From: a virus
Virus record (IMG/VR): IMGVR_UViG_3300009151_000043
Span: 31,419-95,418 of that record
Length of the DNA stretch: 64,000 nt
Direction: 5' to 3' (one strand)
How positions within the stretch are numbered: the stretch's first letter is position 1; each line of letters starts with the position of its first letter. Positions 19,887 to 30,471 of the stretch are shown piece by piece. The translations under genes were made by a program, and so were the position numbers. The notes below the pieces were generated by a model. It was not told the DNA's origin. It did no database searches and was given only the letters and a program-made list of their open reading frames with translations.

Positions 19887-22289
19887 TTATGTTGTCATTT
19901 CCCAATAGGTGGCCAATAAGCCTATATTTCCAGCATAGCTATTATTCAGGTTGGCTGTACCTACGCGCAGTATTTTAAAATTAACAACGCAGTCTGCACT
20001 TATAAACTCTGCAGGTATTGATAGCATTGGGTGAGTTAATTTTATAGCTGTGTACCCAGCGTATGTTGCCCCGGAGGGTTGTAGCGCAAATTCTACAGGG
20101 TTAACTGCCGGGGTACGTTTTGTTAAATCAACCAGGTTATAATTCGTAGGCAGCTCCCCGTTAACGGCAGATACTGCAGAGTATTGAAATTGGAATGCTA
20201 CATTTCTTCGCGCTGTTGCATTATCCAAGGAACTGTCACCAAATAAATGAAATACTATATTCATCTTTTTGTTGTTCGCGTAACCTCTAGGTAAAACAAT
20301 TTTACCTATGATCCCGTAAGGGGTCGCTGAAGGTGCAGGCAGCTTAATGAATGACGTTAATTCTCTAAACTCTAGTCTGGCGTTGATAGGCTCGATCGAG
20401 TCTAGCTGACCTGTTAGTCCCTGAGACAAGTAACCGATTTCCCATACTCCAGGGTTGTCCTGCTGCTCAGTTGCAGAAATGCCTCCTACCCCCAGAACTT
20501 TCGCAACCACAGGAGTGACCACGGCTTTAAATGCACCATCAGGCTTAGAATAGGTTAGCGCAGCTATGGCCCTGTTAGCTGTATATGTTGAGGTGAGCTC
20601 TGCAGGATACTCAAAAGGTATAGCTGTGTAGCCAGACGCAATGAACTGCGGATCAACATCTACAAAGACATCTCCAGTATGTCCTGGCGTGTAGGTGGAC
20701 CCATCTATGTTATAAAATTTTATAAAGTTTGCTGCTCGGTTACTCTGCAGGTTAAGTGCAGACAATGAGCTCACTAACTGCGTCCTTAACGCTGGATTGA
20801 ATTTTGCAAAAGAGGCGAATATACGCTTACGACTCCCAGCTGTCGTGGTGGGTTTGATTGTTGTTCTCCAGGAGTCCAATGCTGCGGGAGAAGCGGGGTC
20901 GTGAGGATAGTCTGGTGACCAGGGCTGTTCTCCGTCAGCGTCCGCGTGCCACCATAAGCCATACTCATTGAGTGAGTAGGTACCGGTACCGTCGTAAACG
21001 TCATTGTATCTAACTAGCGCACCATTGAGATACAGCTGAATGAAGTTTGCCGGCACTGGAGGCAGGTATTTCCTTAGCTCATTAGCTTCATCAAGCTCAA
21101 AATTTACTCGACGAGCCGCTGCTCCAGGGACAGGTACAAGAGTATAGTCTAGTCCTGTGTCCTCCACCAAGATAGATGGGTTTGGAATATTATAATAAAA
21201 TACTGCTCCTGCGGGTGCGGCTACACCTGCGTCAGCAGCCTGTATCCACCCTAGTCTTACAGTATGGTTGTAAACACTCAATGTCGCGGTGTCTCCTATG
21301 GAAAACGATGTGGACCCTGTAAGGTCCAGCTTGACTAGATTGTCGTCAGCAAGATCTAGATTCAGTATATTTCCAGAAGATAACGGGACAGCTGTTCTCA
21401 GGCTAAACGCGCTTGCGGCAGACTGTACTGAAAATCTTACATCAGCTAATGTGCCTCCCGTAGTGACTGTAGCTGTGTATGTGTCTTTATCTATTCTGAC
21501 GCGAGAATCTGTAGCCGGATGACCAACGTACCTGGTGGTGATGTTAGAGGCTGTTACAGTTTGCGAAGAAGAGACGGGGCTAGCGTCTCCAGCCAGGTAC
21601 TTTTGAGACGATATTGTCCAAGTACCGTCAGATAACCTAGGGTAGCCTGCCACACGATCAAGAATATGATAGCGGTAATTTATAAAAAACTGCGAGAATT
21701 CATCTACGTTAGTGTGTAGCAAAAATTGTCTCTTACTTATAGCGTACCCAACATAAACAGGTATTCCTGAAGGGTCTTTGGTAATCTTTCCAGGAGACTT
21801 ATTTGAGAGATAGTACGGACCTACCTCAAAAGTCTCGGCTTGGTTTGCTGAGTTTTTTTGTAGCAGCCCTCGGATCGGGTCGTCTATGTTTACTGACAGC
21901 TCGCATAAGCCTTCAGTATACACGTCTGCTGTCATGGTCTGCGTATATATTCTTTTCAACAACCCGAACGTGTAGTTTGAGTTGTTTGGTGTGAACATCG
22001 AAGATGTGGTGCTGGATGAAAACCCTGTGACACCTCTTGCCAGCCCCACGCCATCTGTGTCGCTTTTAAAATACACCAGATTTAATTCATCACTAACAAG
22101 CGCCTCTTTTGGATGTATGGGCTGGTTGAAGCTGGTCAGGACAGATTTGCCTAAGAGCTCTTCAAATTTCTCATATAGATGCTGCTCACGTTGAGTCAGC
22201 TGCTCGATAGGTACATTAACGGTAGCCTGCTCAACAGTTTCACCATCTCTTATTTTTCTAACCGTAGGTAGCCAAGGAGTGATACTCAT
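19887..22289 (-). CDS. Tail/baseplate structural protein (800 aa) with an inserted sheath-like domain
   Basis: N-terminal GETVEQATVNVPIEQLTQREQHL resembles fibre-attachment motifs. DTYTATVTTGGTLADV is shared with the sheath. Confidence 0.6.
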   Translation of the reverse strand: MSITPWLPTVRKIRDGETVEQATVNVPIEQLTQREQHLYEKFEELLGKSVLTSFNQPIHPKEALVSDELNLVYFKSDTDGVGLARGVTGFSSSTTSSMFTPNNSNYTFGLLKRIYTQTMTADVYTEGLCELSVNIDDPIRGLLQKNSANQAETFEVGPYYLSNKSPGKITKDPSGIPVYVGYAISKRQFLLHTNVDEFSQFFINYRYHILDRVAGYPRLSDGTWTISSQKYLAGDASPVSSSQTVTASNITTRYVGHPATDSRVRIDKDTYTATVTTGGTLADVRFSVQSAASAFSLRTAVPLSSGNILNLDLADDNLVKLDLTGSTSFSIGDTATLSVYNHTVRLGWIQAADAGVAAPAGAVFYYNIPNPSILVEDTGLDYTLVPVPGAAARRVNFELDEANELRKYLPPVPANFIQLYLNGALVRYNDVYDGTGTYSLNEYGLWWHADADGEQPWSPDYPHDPASPAALDSWRTTIKPTTTAGSRKRIFASFAKFNPALRTQLVSSLSALNLQSNRAANFIKFYNIDGSTYTPGHTGDVFVDVDPQFIASGYTAIPFEYPAELTSTYTANRAIAALTYSKPDGAFKAVVTPVVAKVLGVGGISATEQQDNPGVWEIGYLSQGLTGQLDSIEPINARLEFRELTSFIKLPAPSATPYGIIGKIVLPRGYANNKKMNIVFHLFGDSSLDNATARRNVAFQFQYSAVSAVNGELPTNYNLVDLTKRTPAVNPVEFALQPSGATYAGYTAIKLTHPMLSIPAEFISADCVVNFKILRVGTANLNNSYAGNIGLLATYWEMTT

Positions 22290-22293
22290 AACA

Positions 22294-22878
22294 TTATGCG
22301 GATGGCACTAAAATTCTAACTCCCCAAGTAATGGTGAAATTATAGTTCGAGTTATACAACACAGGATTAAAGTTAGTTCTAGAAAACACCGTGTCTTTGC
22401 CTGGGTTGGCTAAGTCCGGCACTGAGACCAGCGCTACCTCGTAGATTTGGCTGCTCTCATTGAAATCTGCTCCTCCTGCTTTGGTGGCTGTGGTGACCAT
22501 TGTGGAAAAAAGCACCGTGTTCTCGCTGTTCTCGTAGCCTGCAGAATACAGATAGTTGGGATTAAAGGTTAGAGGTTCTCTCAAATAACCAAAGTCCCCG
22601 ACGTAATTAATGAATGGCGAGCTGTAGTCTATGTCTATGCTAGGTTTTTGAAAATCTCCTGGCGCATTACAATAACCTATATACATTCCCCAGATTTTAG
22701 CTAGTGGGTCGCCTCCCAAGGCTCTGGCGATTATATTTGCTCCTCCTTTGAGGATCATGTTGGGTTTATCTACAAGCAACGTACTTTCTCCCGAAATCGA
22801 GTCTGTCTTCCATACTTTAATGAAGCCTGATAGTGCCTTGTCTGTTGCTAAAGTTTCTAATGTAGCCATAGAGTACAT
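22294..22878 (-). CDS. Putative baseplate/tail-fibre attachment protein
   Basis: 194 aa. NMILKGGANIIARALGG, YEVALV and FSRTNF..ITWGV patterns are typical of myovirus baseplate genes. Confidence 0.55.
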   Translation of the reverse strand: MYSMATLETLATDKALSGFIKVWKTDSISGESTLLVDKPNMILKGGANIIARALGGDPLAKIWGMYIGYCNAPGDFQKPSIDIDYSSPFINYVGDFGYLREPLTFNPNYLYSAGYENSENTVLFSTMVTTATKAGGADFNESSQIYEVALVSVPDLANPGKDTVFSRTNFNPVLYNSNYNFTITWGVRILVPSA

Positions 22879-22893
22879 TATATTGATTTTTGA

Positions 22894-24759
22894 TTAAAAG
22901 TCTATTAATAAGATACTCGGAACCTCTCTGGTGGTGGGCCTCCTGTACACGTCTTCGCCAGGAGATAATACGCTCTCCGGTATCTCGGTACGCATGACTC
23001 CGCATTTAATACCTGGAGAGGAGTCTTTACCTGAGGAGTTGTTGGCAGAGAGCTCCGCGAGGTTACCAGCTACATGCAGAGGAGCTTTTGTACTAGTGTC
23101 TCCTTCGGTCAATTCTTTATATGGTCCTACAGATATGCAAAATATTCTGTTTCTGTAGTCCTTATAATATTCAGGGTCACTAACAACATCTCCAGGGCGT
23201 GCTCCAGTAGCTGGAGATGATCCGTCACAGCTAAACGCTAGCGGGTAATAACCAGGGATCGTTAAGCTGTTATTCAAGTTATCTAGACTATCAATAGCTA
23301 GTTTGAAATTAACGTACACAAGCACATACACATGAGGAGGCAAATACTTGTCTAGTGTCGGGAAAACTTCCAAAAAGGTAAGCATTTGCTCCTCACTCGT
23401 GAAAGACATCTTCAACAACAAAGTGTTGTTTTTTAAGAAATTGCTAAGTATGAAGTTCAGTGGGTTTACTGGAGCCCTAGAGCTTGCATCTTTTAAAAGC
23501 CCTAAAGCATATAACAGTTTATCCTTTGTAGTATTCTCTTTATTGATGTATGCGTGAAACGCGTCCACATCTTCTCGTCTACCTGTAACAGGGAAGGTTA
23601 TGGTTCTTTTCAAGCTGCCTGCAGAACCTGTGATATCACATGTCACAAAAGTGTCGGTATTTTCAAAGAATAATTGTGCTTTAATCTCTGCATTAAATAC
23701 ATAAGAAGCAAACGCCAGCTTGCGAGTCTCTATCTTGCTTAGCCACCACACAGGGTCAATCACACTATCAATAAGAAGAACGTCGTTGGTTAATATGTCT
23801 CCGGCTTGCAGCACAGCGTTCACCTGTACAAAATCAGCAATTTCTTGAGCTAGGTTTATCCTGTATACATTTTTATCTGTAATCACATATTTAAACCGGG
23901 TGTCCTCGTAGATGTCTTCGACCGTCTCAGTAACTCCCAAGATAGTTGGACATCCTGCCAATACAGCGAAAATCTTGTTTAGTGCAGAAATCGTGGGACC
24001 CTCTACATAAAGGTTCATTAAAGAAATTAAGATATCTTTATATGCTTGCGACGAATCCATCTTTACATCAAGCAGTGTGCCGAAGTTCGTATATAACGCG
24101 TCCTCGTCCAGCTCGGCATTATACAACCACAAAATTACAAACTCGTCCTCTACCAATGCACCATTGTCGTCTTTGAAAAAAGATGGAGCACCTTCTGAAG
24201 TAATGATCTTGGTTCGCGCAAGTGACGGATCGTTGAAGATATCTTTGTTAAAGAATAGTACGTTATTTTTGAGAATAACATCAACACCACTAATCAGCAT
24301 TACCTGGGGAGCAATAATTCTGTCAGCGATCACATTAAATTTCTTAACTTTATTGGTTAGAGAAAAGCTGTAGACTGTGGAACCATCCGTATGTTTAGCC
24401 TCACCAAATCGAAATAATTGTCCTCCGTAAAACAAGTCGGTTACGGGCTGACTACCAAAGACTGCTCCATCCTTCTCAAAAACAAAAGGAGCCTTGTTAT
24501 ATTCTGACTTTTTAATCACCAAAGGAAGCCACTTTTCCTTGTGCAGTACACCTATATCTTTAATAGAGTATTTTTGAATATTCTCTACCAGATTATAGTA
24601 CGCTTGTATGGCTTCCTCGGCCATACCGGTAGTGTATCCCTTCAGCTCGTTTTTGCTTGTGAATAGCTGAGTCCAAAACGAACCTAGTGAGCGGTAAAGA
24701 TATTGACCATCAGTGATATCCTCTGCCGGGAATTTAGCTGACAGGAAATCGATATTCAT
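22894..24759 (-). CDS. Putative baseplate wedge protein (gpI/gp7-like position)
   Basis: 621 aa, directly downstream of the baseplate J-like gene; LYVEGPTISAL motif. Confidence 0.55.
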   Translation of the reverse strand: MNIDFLSAKFPAEDITDGQYLYRSLGSFWTQLFTSKNELKGYTTGMAEEAIQAYYNLVENIQKYSIKDIGVLHKEKWLPLVIKKSEYNKAPFVFEKDGAVFGSQPVTDLFYGGQLFRFGEAKHTDGSTVYSFSLTNKVKKFNVIADRIIAPQVMLISGVDVILKNNVLFFNKDIFNDPSLARTKIITSEGAPSFFKDDNGALVEDEFVILWLYNAELDEDALYTNFGTLLDVKMDSSQAYKDILISLMNLYVEGPTISALNKIFAVLAGCPTILGVTETVEDIYEDTRFKYVITDKNVYRINLAQEIADFVQVNAVLQAGDILTNDVLLIDSVIDPVWWLSKIETRKLAFASYVFNAEIKAQLFFENTDTFVTCDITGSAGSLKRTITFPVTGRREDVDAFHAYINKENTTKDKLLYALGLLKDASSRAPVNPLNFILSNFLKNNTLLLKMSFTSEEQMLTFLEVFPTLDKYLPPHVYVLVYVNFKLAIDSLDNLNNSLTIPGYYPLAFSCDGSSPATGARPGDVVSDPEYYKDYRNRIFCISVGPYKELTEGDTSTKAPLHVAGNLAELSANNSSGKDSSPGIKCGVMRTEIPESVLSPGEDVYRRPTTREVPSILLIDF

Positions 24760-24761
24760 AA

Positions 24762-26366
24762 TTAAGCGATACTCAAAGCTATGTTGTCGATAGGCTGCAC
24801 CACGCCAGCTTCAAACCTATAATAATCTATGAAATAGAGCGTTGTTTTCTTGGTCACCCCTTTAGCTAGATTCTCAGGTATAGTTAACACAGCTGAGTCA
24901 GCTAGTGGGATTATTGTTCCATCGGAACAGAAAACATTACCACTCATCTTTATTGGTAGGTCTACGCGCTTGATGTCATAGTTATGACATATATCGATTA
25001 TCGACGAAGCCTGCAATTCCTCGCCAAAAGGTATGGAATTCACATAAGAGAATATGTCTTTTTTAAGCTTCTGCAAGTTAAGCGAAGTGTAAGTGTCGCT
25101 TGTTCTTTTTTTGATTAAATTGATTTCTAAAGAAACAAAACAAGGTACCACGGCTTTGACCAAATAGTCTGCGCAAGCTAATCTCTGACTGTCCAGCAGC
25201 AGCATGTCCTGCATCTCGAGAATATTCGGCTGCACAACAAGCTGCAGCACAAAGTCCATTTTATCTAGTGAGTTGTTGGTGTATTTAAACCTTAGTCTAG
25301 CTGTTTGGTATTTTGTGAAACGTGCTTCGTCGTCGTTGTTCAGCTCGTTATGCCTCTGAAATGGGTAGTATCCAGTGCCGTAATGTGTGTCTACCACCAC
25401 CAGGGTACCTGTTAAATCTGCCTCCGTGGTTAGAGGTATTATAGACTTCACGTAATAGAAGCCTGGCGCGTCATCATTGGCTATATCTAGCTCCCACAAG
25501 CCATCAGCTACTCGCTTACCTGTCTTGGTTATTGTTACTGTCTCTGGTCCTAGACTGCTACGCACATAAACATCCGCCTTCCCAAAAGTCGATATGCCTA
25601 GGGCGTTTTGCTTAGCCCTTGTCAGCTCTGGGTCATTCGCACCACAAATGGATAGCGTTTTAAACCCTGAGAATGTACTGCTGAACTGTTTAAATATTCC
25701 TGCCTCTGACTCAAAGCGTGAGTTACCTAGGTTGTTTTTTATTTTAGCTACTAGCTGCTTATCATTTTCTTTAGCTGCTCCAGATGAAAAATTACCGTAC
25801 GCTTCAATAGATACCAGGTTAGTTATGAAAAACTTTGGTGGAAGTGTGAATCTAGTGCCTGAAGCAACCTGATATTCTGGGCCCTCTGCGGAAGCTTCCA
25901 CATCGAGTAAAAAATAATAGCCTGCAGTATCTGCGTACATCTGCTTCTCAGTAGTTACTCTGGAGGGGTTCATACTGAATCTGATGTTTGCAGGGATCGT
26001 ATATGTTAGGTTCAGTAAAGGCTGCACAAACTGATAGCCTTTCCTGAACAAATAGTCATCCGCAGCAGACACAGTTACTTTCAGCTTTCCTCGTACTTTT
26101 ACTCCTGAGCTTCTTTCAGTGTTGTAGTTTGAAGCAATCAGATCCATTAGCGGCGAATATGTGGTCTCTGCGGAGTCAGTGATTTGCTTTATTGTACTGC
26201 CCTGGTTTAAGGTCTGTATTGTATTGTACTGCTCGTTCTGGATAGCTGCAGCCAACTTGATCAGAAGCTCGCTGATAACTGACCCTGGACCAGTCTCAAT
26301 ATCTGTGTAGTTCTGGGCTATAAAAGCGGTTAATCTCTCTGCGGTATTGTAGGTTGTTTCAGCCAT
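24762..26366 (-). CDS. Baseplate J-like wedge protein
   Basis: GPGSVISELLIK, VEASAEGPEYQV, FSSGAAKENDKQL and GKADVYV match gpJ/gp6-family motifs. Confidence 0.8.
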   Translation of the reverse strand: MAETTYNTAERLTAFIAQNYTDIETGPGSVISELLIKLAAAIQNEQYNTIQTLNQGSTIKQITDSAETTYSPLMDLIASNYNTERSSGVKVRGKLKVTVSAADDYLFRKGYQFVQPLLNLTYTIPANIRFSMNPSRVTTEKQMYADTAGYYFLLDVEASAEGPEYQVASGTRFTLPPKFFITNLVSIEAYGNFSSGAAKENDKQLVAKIKNNLGNSRFESEAGIFKQFSSTFSGFKTLSICGANDPELTRAKQNALGISTFGKADVYVRSSLGPETVTITKTGKRVADGLWELDIANDDAPGFYYVKSIIPLTTEADLTGTLVVVDTHYGTGYYPFQRHNELNNDDEARFTKYQTARLRFKYTNNSLDKMDFVLQLVVQPNILEMQDMLLLDSQRLACADYLVKAVVPCFVSLEINLIKKRTSDTYTSLNLQKLKKDIFSYVNSIPFGEELQASSIIDICHNYDIKRVDLPIKMSGNVFCSDGTIIPLADSAVLTIPENLAKGVTKKTTLYFIDYYRFEAGVVQPIDNIALSIA

Positions 26367-26369
26367 AAA

Positions 26370-26849
26370 TTATTTAGGTAATGGAACCAAGAAGTCTAGA
26401 ACACTTTCAGCTTCTGTTTTAATACTTACACTAAAACTTACTGCTCCCCCTTGCAAAACAATATCTATCAGGTCTGCAGAAACAATTCTCTCGTCGGGAG
26501 GAGTAACTGCGACTCTTTGTGCTTTTTTAAATTCAACAACTACATCAAAGCTAGCCAAACGAAAAAGTTGCGCTGCAGCCAGCTTGTCGGTCGGTGAGAC
26601 TCCTGTTTGTAAGCTGAAAAGCAAGGAAGTCCCGAAGTCGCTGTAGAAGGGTTGCGACCCTATGTTGGTCATCAGCATAATCGCGTAGCGCTGCACTAGC
26701 TTTTGTACACCTGAACAAAATCGTGGGCGCGCCCCAAAAGAAACATCCACGTTCTGCGGTCCTTCGAGCGTAGCGTCAGGATATTGGAATATACTGATAT
26801 CTTTCTGGCGTCCCGAATAATCTGTGGAGGCTGTGTTAGCTATACCCAT
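26370..26849 (-). CDS. Baseplate wedge / sheath initiator, gp25/gpW-like
   Basis: SGVQKLVQRYAIMLMTNIGSQPFYSDFGTSL; located upstream of gpJ. Confidence 0.8.
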   Translation of the reverse strand: MGIANTASTDYSGRQKDISIFQYPDATLEGPQNVDVSFGARPRFCSGVQKLVQRYAIMLMTNIGSQPFYSDFGTSLLFSLQTGVSPTDKLAAAQLFRLASFDVVVEFKKAQRVAVTPPDERIVSADLIDIVLQGGAVSFSVSIKTEAESVLDFLVPLPK

Positions 26850-26852
26850 AGG

Positions 26853-27275
26853 TTAATCTAGATTGCTTTTGAATGTTGAGAAAAGCCCTAGGCCTGTACC
26901 TACCGAGGCGGAATTACGCGAGCCTTTCTGGATGAGATCATCTCTGTAAAAATGCATCCTTCCCTTGTAGCGTTGCACAAAGCATTTATTAAAACTATAC
27001 AGAGCAGATATCTCTACCTTCAGGGCACTGACTCCTTTTCTGCTTTTGGGTGACGTATTTTTATATCTCTCAACGTACTCACTGTTAAGCTCTCCCCTGT
27101 CGGTAACTGCTCGTAGATCTTTGAGTTTAAATGTTCCGGTGTACTCTATACCTTGCGTGAACCATACACGCCCAGGTCTATCATTGGATAACCTCGCATA
27201 AGGAATATACGACGTTAGCCATCCAGATATGGATCCTAACAAATCTGATAATTTTTTAAAAGGAGGCTTTGCCAT
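26853..27275 (-). CDS. Hypothetical basic protein
   Basis: 140-aa ORF whose ATG abuts the sigma gene's TAG. Confidence 0.65.
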   Translation of the reverse strand: MAKPPFKKLSDLLGSISGWLTSYIPYARLSNDRPGRVWFTQGIEYTGTFKLKDLRAVTDRGELNSEYVERYKNTSPKSRKGVSALKVEISALYSFNKCFVQRYKGRMHFYRDDLIQKGSRNSASVGTGLGLFSTFKSNLD

Positions 27276-27908
27276 CTATTTCCATCCTTTGGCTAGTGTT
27301 GTGTTCATTAGCTTTATTCTATTATTTAATGTGCTATTAGACAAATTCAATTTACTAGCAATTTCAGCATTACCTAATATCTTTTTACCGCCAAACCCTG
27401 TTTTGTGTTCAAAGATAAGTTTATCTTTGTCCGAAAGATCATGATATACAAAATGTACCCACTCGTCATTCGTACTATCGAATAGCGCCGGGGACTCGAA
27501 CAAAGAAGACATGCCTGTACTTATTTTTTTGCTGTTAAGCATATTGTTTGTAGCTTTCAGACTAAATCCTGAGTGATGAGCTATTTCTTCAACTGTAGGA
27601 GATCTTCCTAGGGTGTGCTCAAGATCTTTTTCCACTTTCTGTATTTTGTTTATACCAAACTGTGTGTTTTCAGGTATGCGTACAACGCCGCCATATTGCG
27701 TAGACATTCTGGATAATTTTTTAAGGCTATTTACCAGGTGTGTGCTGAACTTATATCCAGAGCCGGCGTCGTAGGTTCTTGCTGCCTCTCGAGCCAACCT
27801 ATAGGCCTCTATCTGTACAGAGATCAACGGAAGATTTGTCGCGTGACGCGCAGCCTCCAGCTCGATCAGCTTTTTATTATCTTTAATGAGTTTCTCGATG
27901 TCGTTCAT
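27276..27908 (-). CDS. RNA polymerase sigma factor, sigma-70 family (FliA/SigB-like architecture)
   Basis: Region 2 YDAGSGYKFSTH, linker VVRIPE, region 3 LGRSPTVEEIA, region 4 LSDKDKLIF...EIASKLNLS. Confidence 0.85.
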   Translation of the reverse strand: MNDIEKLIKDNKKLIELEAARHATNLPLISVQIEAYRLAREAARTYDAGSGYKFSTHLVNSLKKLSRMSTQYGGVVRIPENTQFGINKIQKVEKDLEHTLGRSPTVEEIAHHSGFSLKATNNMLNSKKISTGMSSLFESPALFDSTNDEWVHFVYHDLSDKDKLIFEHKTGFGGKKILGNAEIASKLNLSNSTLNNRIKLMNTTLAKGWK

Positions 27909-27914
27909 ATGTTG

Positions 27915-29516
27915 TTATGAGCAATCGTTTACAAATGCGCTGGCTACCTTCGCGTCTGTTCCTCCGTCTGCTCCTAAAAATTTATCTCCCTCCACACCTG
28001 AGGGACCGCTACTTATTCTTCCTGAAGTATAAGTTATTGTGGTCATAGCTTGGCCTGAAGACGGGGCAACAAGGTCCACTTTATGTGTTACTGATGTAAC
28101 AAAAAAAGAAATACATACTCCTGTCTCTGTGTACAAAACGCCTCCCACCCCAGGAGCCCAGTTAGGGTTAAAATCAGTTGTTAATGATCCTTGTCTATCG
28201 AAGTATTTAAATTGATGATACTTGCACTCAGCGTAACTATTTGCCACCTCTTTCAACGTGCTCTTATAGGCATTGCGCGCGGTATCTGCAGCTTCCTTGT
28301 GCCCTTGTGAGGCCTTTTTAGCGGCGTCTCCCAACGACTCTTTCTCGCTATACATGGATTCGCTTTCTTTATCATACTTGTCTGACCCTTCAGGAGAGTC
28401 AGAGGCGCTAGCGCCGAACGGGTTGACGCCCATCCATGGGTGTATGTTGAGGACTAGCACTCCTGAGGCGTTAGTTTGTTCAGCTGAATAGCATCCTATC
28501 ACCGAGGTATCAAAAGTTTCATCTCCCAGATTCCCTCCTCCTCCTTCTCCTCCATCGGAGCATACAACCACATGTCCCAAGTCTTTAAACCCTCCATCAT
28601 TGTATGAATAACTTACAATGTCTATAGGTTTTGCTATATTGACCTCTGAGGCTTGAGGTTTAAACACAGAGTTGGCTGGCACTACCCAAGCTTTTGAATT
28701 TCCAAAAAGCATAGAGCACCCTATGGAACTCAGGAACTGCATGTAGTTTTCTAAAAGCCCTGGAGGACCGTGTTTAAATACATATTCCATCCCTGTCAAC
28801 ACATCCTCACTTTCCGCTGTGAGGTTCGCTAATGCTCCTTTAGTCACTGAAGAGAGATCCAAGTTTTCAAAAATATCTCTAGCTATACCTAAGTTTTTTT
28901 TATAGGGACCACTCGAGTATACATTTTCAAAAGGAAAGGCTCCGTCCACACAAGTCTCGTCCTGGAGGTATTCGCGCCAACCGCCTTCTTGTTTTTTCAA
29001 AATTACTTTCATTAATTCTGTATAGAATTCCACAGGGTTGAGTTCTGTGGCTACCTCTTGCTCAAGGTTTGTCCAGGCTTCTACTTTTGCGTCCTCGCCC
29101 TGGGCAGAGGTTACTGTGTCATAATTAGACGGCTTAAATATGTTTATACTTCCTGGATACAGCCCAGGCGTGAGGGTTGTCAGCTCTAACGCAGCTTGCG
29201 CCTTATTTTTGATTACAGCCTGATAGGATACGTTACCTGCGACGTTTGAAATGGACATGCCGTCCAGCAGCCCTGTGAAGTGTACCTTTCGTGTTACCTT
29301 TTCACCATTAATAGCTATCTTTACACTAATACTGACACTGGCTTCGCTGCGTTTACTTCCTTCTATATCTCCAAAACTTGCTTTTTTACTGATCTTCTCT
29401 CCGTTTCCTGGGCACAGATCCACATAAGCGGTAGGTATGCTTCCCGCCTGATGAACAATCGTAGCACCTATTGGTGTACCTGGAACACCCTGGGCTTCTA
29501 TTGATACATCTCCCAT
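27915..29516 (-). CDS. Putative baseplate hub protein (gp27/gpD-like)
   Basis: 533 aa downstream of the tape measure gene. C-terminal RQGSLTTDFNP..PG..FFVTSVTHKV fits hub proteins. Confidence 0.6.
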   Translation of the reverse strand: MGDVSIEAQGVPGTPIGATIVHQAGSIPTAYVDLCPGNGEKISKKASFGDIEGSKRSEASVSISVKIAINGEKVTRKVHFTGLLDGMSISNVAGNVSYQAVIKNKAQAALELTTLTPGLYPGSINIFKPSNYDTVTSAQGEDAKVEAWTNLEQEVATELNPVEFYTELMKVILKKQEGGWREYLQDETCVDGAFPFENVYSSGPYKKNLGIARDIFENLDLSSVTKGALANLTAESEDVLTGMEYVFKHGPPGLLENYMQFLSSIGCSMLFGNSKAWVVPANSVFKPQASEVNIAKPIDIVSYSYNDGGFKDLGHVVVCSDGGEGGGGNLGDETFDTSVIGCYSAEQTNASGVLVLNIHPWMGVNPFGASASDSPEGSDKYDKESESMYSEKESLGDAAKKASQGHKEAADTARNAYKSTLKEVANSYAECKYHQFKYFDRQGSLTTDFNPNWAPGVGGVLYTETGVCISFFVTSVTHKVDLVAPSSGQAMTTITYTSGRISSGPSGVEGDKFLGADGGTDAKVASAFVNDCS

Positions 29517-30448
29517 ACAATATTCACCCTTTCTACGTAAGCATGCAAAAGTCCAGCCAACTTATGTATAGTGTTATAATGCATATGCCAGAGGTGCTCG
29601 TAGGACAAGTTGCACTCATCCTGGTGGTAATGAAGCATATCTTCAACAATTGCGTAGCGGGACTCTAATTCTTTAACTTTAGCAAAAGTATCCAATATAA
29701 AAGGAGCCTCAACATTAAAAGTCCATAACTTACCTGCGGTATTTGTCAACTGACTCATATCGCCCTCTATAAAAAAATACAAGCCTAGATCGCCTATAGC
29801 TATCTTAGTTGAAGACTTCCCAGAAGGTGCGGTGGTTATGGGTATAACGTTACTCTTGTACTCTTTTGAGGCTTGCCCTGCAGGCCTATAATACAATCCT
29901 TGAGTCACGTTCTTAACTGTTACCGCAGAAGAGCTACCCATCTGTGCTATCAAGAAAAAATTGCTACTGTCGAGCATTTCTTCGTAAGACTTCATTTCCC
30001 CATATACGTACAATCGGAAGCCTGGATCAGAACTATAGACTGAAGTAATTCTAGAGAACTTAAAATAATCCTGCAGGCTGTCCAACTCGTAGGTAATTCT
30101 ACTATCATACTTTTTAATGTCTTCAGCTCTATCTGTAGACGCTACGAGCCGCAAGTAGCAATATAACAGAAACTCTTTATAGAAAGCTGAAGTATTTGGC
30201 GGAAACAGCAAATCATAAAATTTTTGCAGCTCTTGAGGTAGCGCTATTTGAGAAAAATCTTTATTTATCAGCGGACTGAGCCCTCTTGCCTTGGTGTAAC
30301 TAGTGCTATATGTGCCAGACCAAAACAAGTCACTGTCTTGTGTTGCTAGTATCTCGCCAAATGTATCTCCGATAACGTCTTTGCCTCGCACATAATCCAT
30401 CTCCCAGAGATTCAAATTACCAAGCAGAGATGCAAAATGATTTAACAT
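29498..30448 (-). CDS. Hypothetical tail-region protein
   Basis: 316-aa ORF in the operon. Confidence 0.65.
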   Translation of the reverse strand: MLNHFASLLGNLNLWEMDYVRGKDVIGDTFGEILATQDSDLFWSGTYSTSYTKARGLSPLINKDFSQIALPQELQKFYDLLFPPNTSAFYKEFLLYCYLRLVASTDRAEDIKKYDSRITYELDSLQDYFKFSRITSVYSSDPGFRLYVYGEMKSYEEMLDSSNFFLIAQMGSSSAVTVKNVTQGLYYRPAGQASKEYKSNVIPITTAPSGKSSTKIAIGDLGLYFFIEGDMSQLTNTAGKLWTFNVEAPFILDTFAKVKELESRYAIVEDMLHYHQDECNLSYEHLWHMHYNTIHKLAGLLHAYVERVNIVWEMYQ

Positions 30449-30471
30449 AAAATAATTTAACTCTGTGTTGT

